Source of the DNA: a bacterium
Lineage (GTDB): Bacteria; Krumholzibacteriota; Krumholzibacteriia; LZORAL124-64-63
NCBI GenBank assembly: GCA_031441465.1
Contig: JANOEP010000015.1
Span: 1 to 26,161, forward strand
Direction: 5' to 3'
Length of the DNA stretch: 26,161 nucleotides
In this document: positions 16,885 through 26,161 of the stretch, in pieces
How the letters are laid out: the number at the start of each line of letters is the position of its first letter
Numbering within the stretch: the first letter of the stretch is position 1
Notes under the pieces: generated by a model
Database searches by the model: none
What the model saw: the letters and a program-made list of their open reading frames with translations, nothing else
Told to the model about the DNA's origin: nothing
Position numbers and translations under genes: made by a program

Positions 16885-17677
16885 CGGTGGTCACCTCTCC
16901 GCTGGTCGTCGTCTCGGCGGGGGCCTCGGCGGGGGCCCCGGCAGGGGCCTCGGCGGGGACCGCGGGCGCCGTCTCCACGACGGGCTGGCGTGGACCGCGG
17001 ACCAGGCCGAAGACTTCGGATACCGAGATGCCGCGCTTGGCGGCGATCTCCTCGACCGAGCGCAGCTGATCCAGCCCGTCCATGGTGGCCTTCCACACGT
17101 TGTGCGGGTTGCGGGAGCCCAGCTGCTTGGTCAGGACGTTCTTGATGCCGGCGGCCTCGAGGATCGCGCGCACGCCGCCGGCGGCGATGACGCCGGTGCC
17201 GGCGGCCGCGGGCTTGAGCATCACGTGGCTCGACCCGAACTTGCCCACCACCGCGTAGGGGATGGTGTTGTTCAGGATCGGCACGGCGATCTGCCCGGCG
17301 CGGGCGGACTCCGAGGCTTTGCGGATGGCGTCCGCGATCTCGTTGGCCTTGCCCAGCGCCACGCCGACCTTGCCCTTGCCGTCGCCCACCGCGACGATCG
17401 CGTTGAAGCTGAAGCGGCGCCCGCCCTTGACCACCTTCGCCACGCGGTTGATGGCGATGACGGTCTCGGTCATGTCGCTCGTCTCCCGCTCGCGCTCGCG
17501 CCCGCGGGGGGGGCGGCCGTCGCGCCGGGGGCCGAAGCCGTCGCGGCCGCCGGGGCCGCCGGGGCCGCCGGGGCCTCCACGACCGCCCGGTCCGCCCGGG
17601 CCGCCGGGTCCGCGCCGCTGTCCCTGACCGCCGGAGCGGTTGTCGCTGCGGCCGGTGGTGTTCGCCATGTCGGTCAT
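16877..17677 (-). CDS. rpsE: 30S ribosomal protein S5 with low-complexity N- and C-terminal extensions
   Basis: [28 protein letters not shown]. Confidence 0.97.
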   Translation of the reverse strand: MTDMANTTGRSDNRSGGQGQRRGPGGPGGPGGRGGPGGPGGPGGRDGFGPRRDGRPPRGRERERETSDMTETVIAINRVAKVVKGGRRFSFNAIVAVGDGKGKVGVALGKANEIADAIRKASESARAGQIAVPILNNTIPYAVVGKFGSSHVMLKPAAAGTGVIAAGGVRAILEAAGIKNVLTKQLGSRNPHNVWKATMDGLDQLRSVEEIAAKRGISVSEVFGLVRGPRQPVVETAPAVPAEAPAGAPAEAPAETTTSGEVTTDE

Positions 17678-17706
17678 CGATTTGCTCCTGTCCAGGGTCT
17701 CACGCT

Positions 17707-18081
17707 CTAGAACTCGAGTCCGCCATCGCGGGCGCCCTTGGCCAACGCGGCGACGCGCCCGTGGTAGAGATATCCGTTGCGGTCGAAGACGGCCTTCTCG
17801 ATGCCCTTCTCACGGGCCAGCCGGGCGAGGTGGTGCCCCACGCGGTAGGCCGTGGCACACTTGGCGTCCAGGCCCTCGGGCACCGCCGCGTCGTCGAGCT
17901 TGCGGCTGTCGGCCGCCAGCAGGGTCCGCCCGACGATGTCGTCGATGATCTGGGCGTAGATCGCCTTGTGGCTGCGGGTCACGGTCAGGCGCGGCCGTTC
18001 GGCGGTGCCCGACACCTTCTTGCGCACGCGGACCTTCCGCTTCAGGCGCCCTTCGATCCTGTTCTTCGCTGTGTCTTTCAT
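17707..18081 (-). CDS. rplR: 50S ribosomal protein L18
   Basis: [28 protein letters not shown]. Confidence 0.97.
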   Translation of the reverse strand: MKDTAKNRIEGRLKRKVRVRKKVSGTAERPRLTVTRSHKAIYAQIIDDIVGRTLLAADSRKLDDAAVPEGLDAKCATAYRVGHHLARLAREKGIEKAVFDRNGYLYHGRVAALAKGARDGGLEF

Positions 18082-18144
18082 CTCTGTCGTCCTCCCGAAC
18101 CGGTCGGGTTGCTGGAACCTGTCAGTCCACTCGGTCTGTCCCGT

Positions 18145-18684
18145 TTACTTGGCGGCGGACTTGCCGGCCTTCCGGATGACCTTCTCGCCGACGTAACGGA
18201 TGCCCTTGCCCTTGTAGGGCTCGGGCTTGCGGTAGGCGCGAATCTCCGCGGCCACCTGGCCGACGCGCTGCTTGTCGAGGCCCCGGATGTCGATGCGGGT
18301 CGGCTCGGGGCAGACGATCTCGACGTCGGTCGGGATCGCGTACTCCACCGGGTGGCTGTACTGGAGCTGGAGGTCCAGCACCTGGCCCTTGACCTGGGCG
18401 CGGTAGCCCACGCCGATGATCTCGAGAGACTTCGTGAAGCCCGTCGTCACGCCGGCGACCTGGTTGGCGATCAGGGCGCGCACGAGACCGTGGCGGGCCT
18501 TCATGGGCTTGCTGTCGTCCGGGCGGCTGATCCGCAGACCGCCGTCCTCGAGCCTGTATTCCAGGCCCTCGGGAATATGCTGCCGCAGCTCGCCCTTGGG
18601 GCCCTTCACGACCGAGGTCCCGCCCTCGATCTCGAAGGTCACGCCCTGAGGGATGCTGATCGGCTTCAGTCCGATGCGCGACAT
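18145..18684 (-). CDS. rplF: 50S ribosomal protein L6
   Basis: MSRIG, GVGYRA, PEPYKGKGIRY. Confidence 0.98.
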   Translation of the reverse strand: MSRIGLKPISIPQGVTFEIEGGTSVVKGPKGELRQHIPEGLEYRLEDGGLRISRPDDSKPMKARHGLVRALIANQVAGVTTGFTKSLEIIGVGYRAQVKGQVLDLQLQYSHPVEYAIPTDVEIVCPEPTRIDIRGLDKQRVGQVAAEIRAYRKPEPYKGKGIRYVGEKVIRKAGKSAAK

Positions 18685-18707
18685 GGTTCAGTCCTCTCTT
18701 CCGCGGC

Positions 18708-19115
18708 CTACCAGACTTCGCAGAGGATCTCGCCGCCCACGCCGTGGCGACGGCACTGGTGGTCGGTCATGATCCCCTGGTTCGTGGAGACGATGGCGAT
18801 TCCGTAGCCGCCCCGAACCTTGGGAATGGACGTCTTGTCGGCATAGATGCGCCGACCAGGCTTGCTGACCCGTCGGATGCCCTCGATCACGCCGGTGCGT
18901 TTGCCCGCGCGCTCGAAGTACTTCAGCGAGATCCGCACCACGCCCTGGGGCCCTTCGTCGACCGCGACGAAGTCCGCGATGTAGCCCTGCTCCTTGAGCA
19001 CGGCCGCCACGGCCTTCTTCATGCTCGACGCCGGCACCTCGACTTTGCGGTGCCCGGCCTGGGTGGCGTTGCGGATGCGCGTCAGCATGTCCGCAATGGG
19101 ATCGGTCATGTTCAT
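18708..19115 (-). CDS. rpsH: 30S ribosomal protein S8
   Basis: TDPIADMLTRIRN, SKPG.R.Y, GGEILC. Confidence 0.98.
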   Translation of the reverse strand: MNMTDPIADMLTRIRNATQAGHRKVEVPASSMKKAVAAVLKEQGYIADFVAVDEGPQGVVRISLKYFERAGKRTGVIEGIRRVSKPGRRIYADKTSIPKVRGGYGIAIVSTNQGIMTDHQCRRHGVGGEILCEVW

Positions 19116-19133
19116 GTTCCCTGCTCCTCGCGG

Positions 19134-19319
19134 TTACCAGCTCGACTTCATGACGCCCGGCAGATCCCCCAGCAGGGCCAGCTGGCGGAAGCAGAGCCGG
19201 CAGACGCCGAACTTCCGATAGTAGGCCCGCGGCCGGCCGCAGCGGTGGCAGCGGTTGTACGCCCGCACCTTGTACTTTGCCGGCCGGTTGGCCTTGGCGA
19301 TCAACGACTTCTTGGCCAA
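19134..19319 (-). CDS. rpsN: 30S ribosomal protein S14, short zinc-binding (type Z) form
   Basis: 61 aa, RC..CGRPR....[19 protein letters not shown] start. Confidence 0.97.
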   Translation of the reverse strand: MAKKSLIAKANRPAKYKVRAYNRCHRCGRPRAYYRKFGVCRLCFRQLALLGDLPGVMKSSW

Positions 19320-19332
19320 TTTGCGTCCTCCT

Positions 19333-19875
19333 CTAGCGCCGGAAGGGCATGCCCAGCAGGCTCAGCAGTTCCCGTGCTTCCTCGTCGGTGTTCGCGGTCG
19401 TCACGAAAGTGACGTTCATGCCCCGCGCCTCGTCGACCTTGTCGAAATCGATCTCCGGGAAGACCGTTTGGTCCTTCAGGCCGATCGTGTAGTCGCCGCG
19501 GCCGCTCAGCCGCGCCGGCACGCCCCGGAAGTCACGGATGCGGGGCAGCGTGAAGTTGATGAACCGGTCCATGAACTCCCACATGCGTTCCCCGCGCAGG
19601 GTCACGCAAGCGCCGATGGGCATGCCCGCGCGTAATTTGAAGTTCGAGATCGACTTGCGCGCCAGCGTCTTGACGGACTTCTGGCCGCTGATGGTCTCGA
19701 GGTCCGCCAGGGCGCCCTCGAGGGCCTTCGGGTTCTGGATCGCGCGGCCCATGCCCACGTTCAGCACGATCTTGGTCGGCTTGGGGACCATCATCGGGTT
19801 GGTGTACCCGAACTTCTCGAGAAGAGCCGCCTTCACGTTCTCTTCGTAAATCCCCTGCATCCTCGGCTTCGCCAT
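19333..19875 (-). CDS. rplE: 50S ribosomal protein L5
   Basis: [34 protein letters not shown]. Confidence 0.97.
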   Translation of the reverse strand: MAKPRMQGIYEENVKAALLEKFGYTNPMMVPKPTKIVLNVGMGRAIQNPKALEGALADLETISGQKSVKTLARKSISNFKLRAGMPIGACVTLRGERMWEFMDRFINFTLPRIRDFRGVPARLSGRGDYTIGLKDQTVFPEIDFDKVDEARGMNVTFVTTANTDEEARELLSLLGMPFRR

Positions 19876-19900
19876 GATCAACTTCCTCCTGCCTGTCCGG

Positions 19901-20215
19901 CTAGTTGGCGAGCATTTCGCCGCACTTCTTGCAGGTCCGCACGCGGGTGCCGTCGCCGAGCACGGCCGTGCCGGTGCGCGCCGCCTTGCCGCACTTGGGG
20001 CAGATCAGCATCACGTTGGAGGCGTCCACGGGAGCCTCCTTCTCGACGATCCCGCCCTGCGGCGTCCGCTGTGTCTTCTTGGTGTGGCGCTTGATCATGT
20101 TGACCTTTTCCACGATCAGGCGGCCGGTATCCGGGAACACCTTCAGGACCTCGCCCTCGAGGCCTTCGTATTCGCCGCACAGGACCCGGACCTTGTCCTT
20201 CTTCTTGATGTGCAT
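19901..20215 (-). CDS. rplX: 50S ribosomal protein L24
   Basis: [26 protein letters not shown]...SNV; one-base overlap with the rplN stop. Confidence 0.96.
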   Translation of the reverse strand: MHIKKKDKVRVLCGEYEGLEGEVLKVFPDTGRLIVEKVNMIKRHTKKTQRTPQGGIVEKEAPVDASNVMLICPKCGKAARTGTAVLGDGTRVRTCKKCGEMLAN

Positions 20216-20583
20216 CACAGAACCTCCGGCGCGAGCGAGACGATCTTCATGAACTTCTTCTCTCGCAGCTCGCGCGCCACGGGGCCGAAGATGCGGGTGC
20301 CCACGGGTTCGCCGTCGGCGTTGATGATCACGGCCGCGTTCTCGCCGAAGCGGATGTAGGAGCCGTCCTTGCGGCCGATCTCCTTGCGGGTGCGGACCAC
20401 GACGGCCTTCACCACGGAGCCCTTCTTGACGTTGCCGTTCGGGATCGCCGACTTCACCGCGCAGACGATGATGTCGCCGACCCGGGCGTAGCGGCGGTTC
20501 GTCCCGCCGAGCACGCGGAAACACATGGCGGTCTTGGCGCCGGAATTGTCCGCGATATTGAGGATCGTGAATTCCTGGATCAT
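20215..20583 (-). CDS. rplN: 50S ribosomal protein L14
   Basis: MIQ....[26 protein letters not shown]. Confidence 0.98.
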   Translation of the reverse strand: MIQEFTILNIADNSGAKTAMCFRVLGGTNRRYARVGDIIVCAVKSAIPNGNVKKGSVVKAVVVRTRKEIGRKDGSYIRFGENAAVIINADGEPVGTRIFGPVARELREKKFMKIVSLAPEVL

Positions 20584-20601
20584 GTCGTGTCTCCTTGGAC
20601 T

Positions 20602-20865
20602 CTACTTCGCCCGCTCGATGATCTCGGCCACCCGCCAGCGCTTGGTCTTCGAGAAGGGGCGCGTGGCCATGAGCTTCACGATGTCGCCGATGCGGCAGTC
20701 GTTGGTCTCGTCGTGGGCCGCCAGCTTCATCGACTGGTTGATGATCCGCTTGTACAGGGGGTGCGGGAAACGCCGGTCGACGCGCACGACCACGGTCTTG
20801 TCCATCTTGTTGGACACGACCTTGCCGATCCGCGTAGCCCTGAGGTTCCTCTCCGTGTTCGTCAT
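20602..20865 (-). CDS. rpsQ: 30S ribosomal protein S17
   Basis: [26 protein letters not shown]. Confidence 0.97.
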   Translation of the reverse strand: MTNTERNLRATRIGKVVSNKMDKTVVVRVDRRFPHPLYKRIINQSMKLAAHDETNDCRIGDIVKLMATRPFSKTKRWRVAEIIERAK

Positions 20866-20914
20866 CGCAGTCTCTCCCGGGCCGCGGCTCCCGCCGCGGG
20901 CGATGGGGGCGCGG

Positions 20915-21112
20915 TCAGCGCCCGGACGTCTTCTCGTTGATCACCGTCTTGATGACCGCCAGTTCGCGACGGGCGGCGCGGACCTGCAGCGGGTTGTCCA
21001 GGCGGCGCATCTTGAGCTGCATCCGCAGGTTCAACAGCTCCTCGGACTTCTCCGAGACGAGGCCCTGCAGCTCCTCGACCGACATCTCCCGCAGATCGTG
21101 GGCTTTCATCAT
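20915..21112 (-). CDS. rpmC: 50S ribosomal protein L29
   Basis: MKA.DLREMS.EEL, ELLNLR.Q, L.NP..VR..RR..A..KT; start 21112 or 21109. Confidence 0.95.
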   Translation of the reverse strand: MMKAHDLREMSVEELQGLVSEKSEELLNLRMQLKMRRLDNPLQVRAARRELAVIKTVINEKTSGR

Positions 21113-21117
21113 CGCGA

Positions 21118-21531
21118 TCACTCCCCGCGCCTGGTGACGACGCGCGTCTTGAAGGGCAGCTTGGCCGCACCGAGGCGGAAAGCCTCCTTGGCCGACTCCA
21201 TATTCACGCCGTTGACCTCGTAGAGGATCCGGCCCGGCTTGATCACGGCGACCCAGTACTCGGGGTTGCCCTTGCCCTTGCCCATGCGCGTCTCGGCCGG
21301 CTTCAGGGTGATGGGCTTGTCGGGAAAGACACGGATCCAGACCTTGCCGACGCGCTTGATGCTGCGTGTGATCGCCACGCGGGCGGCCTCGATCTGGCGG
21401 CTCGAGGCCCAGCCGCACTCGACGGCCTGGAGCCCGTAGTCGCCGAACGCCACCGTGGCGCCGCGCAGGGCGATGCCCCGCATGCGACCCTTGTGCATCT
21501 TCCTGAACTTGGTCCTCTTCGGCATCAACAT
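21118..21531 (-). CDS. rplP: 50S ribosomal protein L16
   Basis: [24 protein letters not shown]. Confidence 0.98.
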   Translation of the reverse strand: MLMPKRTKFRKMHKGRMRGIALRGATVAFGDYGLQAVECGWASSRQIEAARVAITRSIKRVGKVWIRVFPDKPITLKPAETRMGKGKGNPEYWVAVIKPGRILYEVNGVNMESAKEAFRLGAAKLPFKTRVVTRRGE

Positions 21532-21582
21532 GACTCGTCGTCCTCTCCGGTCGGGCCGGTCGTGCGGCCTCGTCCGCGGTGG

Positions 21583-22257
<675 letters not shown>

Positions 22258-22319
22258 GCTCGTCCTTTCCTGTGCCGCCTGTCGGGGCGCCCCTGCGGCG
22301 CCCGCTTCCCGGTTCCGCC

Positions 22320-22667
22320 CTACTGGACGGAAGAAACCGTCACCTGGATGTGGCTGGTCCGCTTGAGGATCCGGAACGCCCGGCCCTGGGAGCGGGGGCG
22401 GATCCGCTTCATCGTGGGGCCCTCGTCGATGCGGACCTCCGACACGATGAAGCCCGAATTCTCGACCCTGGTCTCGGCGCCGCCGGCGACGCGGGCGTTC
22501 GCCGTCGCCGAGAGGATCGCCTTGGTGAGCAGGGGCGACGCCTTCTTGGGCGTCAGCCTGAGGATCATCAAGGCCTGATCCACGCGCTTGCCCCGCACCA
22601 GATTGGCCACAATACGGGCCTTGCGGGCCGAAATCCTGACAAAACGATTGACTGCACGGCCGTCCAT
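22320..22667 (-). CDS. rplV: 50S ribosomal protein L22
   Basis: RISARKAR.V...VRG, SA.ANA, GP.MKR.RPR.QGRA..I.KRTSHI; ATG 22667. Confidence 0.97.
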   Translation of the reverse strand: MDGRAVNRFVRISARKARIVANLVRGKRVDQALMILRLTPKKASPLLTKAILSATANARVAGGAETRVENSGFIVSEVRIDEGPTMKRIRPRSQGRAFRILKRTSHIQVTVSSVQ

Positions 22668-22692
22668 GACACCTACCTCCGCCAGTGGCGCA

Positions 22693-22968
22693 CTACTTCT
22701 TCTTCTTGTCCTTGCTCGTATGACCGCGATAGGTCCGCGTCGCCGCGAACTCTCCGAGCTTGTGACCCACCATGTTCTCCTGGACGTAGACCGGGATGAA
22801 CTGCTTGCCGTTGTGCACGGCAAGGGTGTGGCCGAGGAACTCGGGCACGATCGTCGAGCGGCGTGACCAGGTCTTGACGACCCGTTTCTCACCCTTGTCG
22901 TTCATGTCGACGACCTTCTTCATGAGGTGGTCGTCGATGAAGGGACCCTTTTTGATCGAACGAGCCAT
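22693..22968 (-). CDS. rpsS: 30S ribosomal protein S19
   Basis: [23 protein letters not shown]. Confidence 0.98.
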   Translation of the reverse strand: MARSIKKGPFIDDHLMKKVVDMNDKGEKRVVKTWSRRSTIVPEFLGHTLAVHNGKQFIPVYVQENMVGHKLGEFAATRTYRGHTSKDKKKK

Positions 22969-23025
22969 GCTGCTCCCATCCTTCGTCCCGGGCCGAGCCG
23001 GCGTCTGCCGGACCGCGGTCCTCCG

Positions 23026-23853
23026 CTACTTCTTGCCCCGCCGCCGCACGATGAACCGGTCGGACGGCTTCTTGTGACGCGTCTTGAAGCCCTTGGTGGG
23101 CACGCCCCAAGGCGTGACCGGGTGGCGACCGCCCGAGGTGCGGCCCTCGCCGCCGCCGTGCGGGTGATCGACCGGGTTCATGGCCACGCCGCGCACCTTG
23201 GGTCGGCGGCCGAGCCAGCGGGTCTTGCCCGCCTTGCCGATCACGATGTTCTCGTGTTCGGAATTGCCGACCTCGCCGATGGTGGCGTAGCAGTTGCGGT
23301 GCACCATGCGCACCTCGCCGCTGGGCAGGCGCAGGGTGACGTAGTCGCCGTCCTTGGCCAGCACCTGGGCGAACGAGCCGGCGCTGCGCACGATCTGGCC
23401 GCCGCGGCCGATCTGCAGTTCGACGTTGTGCACCAGGGTGCCCAGGGGCACGCGGTGCAGCGGCAGCGAGTTGCCGACGTTGAAGGTGGCGGCCTCGCCG
23501 GCCAGCACCGTGTCGTTCACCTTCAGGCCGTTCGGCCAGATGATGTAGCGCTTCTCGCCGTCGGCGTAGAACAGCAGGGCGATGCGGGCGCTGCGGTTCG
23601 GGTCGTACTCGACGGTCGCCACGCGCGCCGGGATGTCGCGCTTGTCGCGCTTGAAGTCGATCAGGCGGTACTGGCGTTTGTGGCCGCCGCCGCGGTGCCG
23701 GCAGGTGATGCGGCCGTGGTTGTTGCGCCCGCCCGTCTTGTTCAGGGGCTCGAGCAGCGACTTCTCGGGACGACTCGCGGTCAGCTCGCTGAAGTCGGAA
23801 ACCGTGCGGAAGCGCTGTCCGGGCGTCACGGGCTTCAGTTTTTTGATGGCCAT
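23026..23853 (-). CDS. rplB: 50S ribosomal protein L2
   Basis: [37 protein letters not shown]. Confidence 0.98.
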   Translation of the reverse strand: MAIKKLKPVTPGQRFRTVSDFSELTASRPEKSLLEPLNKTGGRNNHGRITCRHRGGGHKRQYRLIDFKRDKRDIPARVATVEYDPNRSARIALLFYADGEKRYIIWPNGLKVNDTVLAGEAATFNVGNSLPLHRVPLGTLVHNVELQIGRGGQIVRSAGSFAQVLAKDGDYVTLRLPSGEVRMVHRNCYATIGEVGNSEHENIVIGKAGKTRWLGRRPKVRGVAMNPVDHPHGGGEGRTSGGRHPVTPWGVPTKGFKTRHKKPSDRFIVRRRGKK

Positions 23854-23896
23854 TGCTACCCCTATCGATCACGCCGCGCCGCGCGCGGCGTCCGAG

Positions 23897-24187
23897 CTAG
23901 ACGTTGTCGAAGATGTCGATGCTGTCACCCTCGGCGAGGGTGACCACGGCCTTTTTCCAGTCGGCGCGCTTGCCGGAGAAGCGGCCCAGCCGCTTGACCT
24001 TGCCCAGCATGTTCATGGTGCGCACCCGCTCGACCTTGACCCCGAAGTACAGCTCGACGGCCTGCTTGATCTCGTGCTTGTTGGCCGCGGGAGCGACCTG
24101 GAAGAAGAACTGGTTGTACTTCTCCCTCAGGTCGGAGCCCCGCTCCGTGATCAAGGGGCGCTGGATCACTTTGCTCAGGTCCTTCAC
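23897..24187 (-). CDS. rplW: 50S ribosomal protein L23
   Basis: I.RPLITE, ANK.EIK.AVE..F.VKV, WKKAVVTL; GTG start overlapping the rplD stop (GTGA). Confidence 0.96.
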   Translation of the reverse strand: MKDLSKVIQRPLITERGSDLREKYNQFFFQVAPAANKHEIKQAVELYFGVKVERVRTMNMLGKVKRLGRFSGKRADWKKAVVTLAEGDSIDIFDNV

Positions 24188-24813
24188 GCTCCGAACACCT
24201 CCTCGGCACCGCTGAGCGACCCCTTGGTGAAGACCAGGTTGTCGGCCCAGAGGATGGTGTACGTGTTGAGGTCGGCGTGGCGCAAGACGCGCACGCCATG
24301 GAGGTTCCGCAACGACTTGAAGACGTTGCCGCCAGAATCCGGCAGCACCACCAGGGTGTGGCGGCCCTCGGTCGCGATCCCCTTCAGCAGCTTCGCCAGC
24401 TCGGCCGTGCGGGGCACCTCCATGGTGAAGTCCTCCACCACGGAGACCCGCTCGTTGGCGGCGCGGTCGCTCAGCGCGGAGCACAGGGCCAGGCGCTTGA
24501 CCTTCTTGGGCAGCTTGTAGCTGTAGTCGCGGGGGTGCGGCCCGAAAACGGTGCCGCCGCCGACGCGCAGGGGCGACTTGGCGCTGCCCGCGCGGGCGCG
24601 GCCCGTACCCTTCTGGCGGTAGAGCTTGCGGCTGGACTTGCAGACCTCGCCGCGCGTCTTCGTGTCGTGCGTGCCCTGGCGCTGGTTGGCCAGGTAGCAG
24701 CGCACGGCCTCGTAGAGGGCCTGCTTGTGCACCTCTTGCGCGAACAGCGAATCGGGAAGGTCGACTTTGCCGACCGTCTCGCCGCTGCGGTTGTACAGGT
24801 TCGCGGTTGCCAT
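24184..24813 (-). CDS. rplD: 50S ribosomal protein L4
   Basis: [32 protein letters not shown]. Confidence 0.98.
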   Translation of the reverse strand: MATANLYNRSGETVGKVDLPDSLFAQEVHKQALYEAVRCYLANQRQGTHDTKTRGEVCKSSRKLYRQKGTGRARAGSAKSPLRVGGGTVFGPHPRDYSYKLPKKVKRLALCSALSDRAANERVSVVEDFTMEVPRTAELAKLLKGIATEGRHTLVVLPDSGGNVFKSLRNLHGVRVLRHADLNTYTILWADNLVFTKGSLSGAEEVFGA

Positions 24814-24851
24814 CGTTGGACCTCAGTTCCCTCGTGAGCCGGCCGGGCCGT

Positions 24852-25475
24852 TCAGCGGCTGACCCGGATGTACACGATCCCGTTCTTGCTGCCGGGCACG
24901 CTGCCCTTGACCAGCAGCAGGTTGCGCTCCTGGTCGACCCGGACCACCGACAGGTTCTTCTTGGTTTCCTGCTTGTTGCCGAGCTGACCCGCCATGCTCG
25001 TGTTCTTGAGCGAGCGGCCGGGCTTGGTGTGCATGCCGGTCGAACCGGACATGCGCACGTTCTTCGAACCGTGCGAGGCAGGGCCGCGTCCCTGGTTCCA
25101 GCGCTTGATGCGCCCCTGGAATCCGAACCCGCGGGTCACGCCGGTCACGTCGACCAGGGCCACGCCCGCGAACAGCGACACGTCGACCCGGTCGCCGCGA
25201 GCGTAGGTGTCGCCCTCGTCGAGGGTGAACTCGCCCACGATGCGCAGGGGGTCGGTGGCGGCCTTCGCGAAGTGGCCCTTCTGGGGGCGCGGCGTGTTCT
25301 TGGGCTTGAGCGGGCCGAAGCCGAGCTGCACGGCGTCGTACTTGTCCGCTCCGGCGGCTGTCTTGACCTGCGTCACGACGCAAGGTCCGGCCTCGATCAC
25401 CGTCACCGGCACATGCCGCCCCTCCGCGTCGAAGATGCGGGCCATGCCGAGCTTTCTGCCGATCATTCCGTTCAT
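24852..25475 (-). CDS. rplC: 50S ribosomal protein L3
   Basis: G.KLGM, PVTVI, YDAVQLG, VDVTG...G.GFQG.IKR, LLLVKGSVPG. Confidence 0.97.
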   Translation of the reverse strand: MNGMIGRKLGMARIFDAEGRHVPVTVIEAGPCVVTQVKTAAGADKYDAVQLGFGPLKPKNTPRPQKGHFAKAATDPLRIVGEFTLDEGDTYARGDRVDVSLFAGVALVDVTGVTRGFGFQGRIKRWNQGRGPASHGSKNVRMSGSTGMHTKPGRSLKNTSMAGQLGNKQETKKNLSVVRVDQERNLLLVKGSVPGSKNGIVYIRVSR

Positions 25476-25498
25476 GATTACTCCCTGGCGCCTTCGGC

Positions 25499-25807
25499 TC
25501 AGACCTTGATCTCGACATCGACGCTGGCGGGCAGCGTCAGCTTCTTGAGGAACTCGGTCGTCTGGGGAGTCGAGTTCTCGATCTCGATGAGCCGCTTGTG
25601 AACGCGCATCTCGAACTGCTCACGGGACTTCTTGTCCACGTGGGGCGAGCGCAGCACACAGTACGTCGATCGCCGGGTGGGCAGGGGCACCGGCCCCCGC
25701 ACCAGGGCGCCCGTCCGCAGGGCCGTCTGCACGATCATCAGCGCCGAGCGATCCAGCACCGCGGGCTCGTAGGCCTTCAGGCGGATCTTGATTTTCTGCT
25801 TGGCCAA
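25499..25807 (-). CDS. rpsJ: 30S ribosomal protein S10
   Basis: [33 protein letters not shown] start 25807 with AAGGAG RBS. Confidence 0.97.
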   Translation of the reverse strand: MAKQKIKIRLKAYEPAVLDRSALMIVQTALRTGALVRGPVPLPTRRSTYCVLRSPHVDKKSREQFEMRVHKRLIEIENSTPQTTEFLKKLTLPASVDVEIKV

Positions 25808-25923
25808 GTCGGTTCTCCTTGTTCTGCGATGGCTACTCCAGCATCGCCGCGCTGTGCGGCGCCTGCTCACCTGTCGCGGGGCCGGGTCGTCGGCGTCCCG
25901 GCCGTCTCACCGCTCCTAATTCG

Positions 25924-25961
25924 TCAGTTCAGGCCGTTCACTTCAGGCCGCTCACTTCAGG
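25924..25961 (-). repeat. Three tandem copies (14-bp period) of the tuf terminal sequence CCTGAAGTGA
   Basis: Minus strand CCTGAAGTGA-gcgg-CCTGAAGTGA-acgg-CCTGAACTGA. Confidence 0.85.
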
Positions 25962-26161
25962 ATCTTGGCCACGACCCCGGCGCCCACCGTGCGGCCGCCC
26001 TCGCGGATCGCGAAACGCAGACCCTCTTCCATCGCGATCGGCGTGATCAGCTCGATCGTCATCTTGATGTTGTCGCCCGGCATCACCATCTCCACACCCT
26101 CGGGCAGGTGCGCCGAACCCGTCACGTCCGTCGTCCGGAAGTAGAACTGCGGCCGGTAGCC
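25952..26161 (-). CDS. tuf: Elongation factor Tu, C-terminal 69 aa (5' part outside window)
   Basis: Not in the ORF track; hand translation [15 protein letters not shown]...EMVMPGDN...[20 protein letters not shown]. Confidence 0.98.
   Translation of the reverse strand, partial: GYRPQFYFRTTDVTGSAHLPEGVEMVMPGDNIKMTIELITPIAMEEGLRFAIREGGRTVGAGVVAKILK

Overview
This is a high-GC bacterial chromosome segment and mostly core genome. Positions ~10.6-26.2 kb (minus strand) hold the 3' end of tuf followed by the S10-spc-alpha ribosomal superoperon (rpsJ...rplO-secY-adk-map-infA-rpmJ-rpsM-rpsK-rpoA-rplQ), with rpsD missing from its usual alpha-operon slot. Downstream lies an apparent four-gene operon: fabH, a GldA-like ABC ATPase, a fused ABC-2 permease/GldG-type protein and a DUF4340-type protein. 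It converges on a MepM-like M23 peptidase that probably starts at a CTG codon. Next come an adenosine/adenine deaminase-family gene, a DUF502 membrane protein and a 61-aa basic HTH-like protein. The left end holds the istB half and right terminus of an IS21-family element, which appears to have inserted into a frameshifted gene for a secreted protein that still has a near-consensus sigma70 promoter. A deep-branching, possibly FCB-group lineage is only a guess from gene order and sequence style. I found no clearly novel large system. The best leads are the fabH-Gld-like ABC operon, the small HTH protein, the CTG start, the three-frame stop repeat after tuf and several non-canonical motifs in core proteins.
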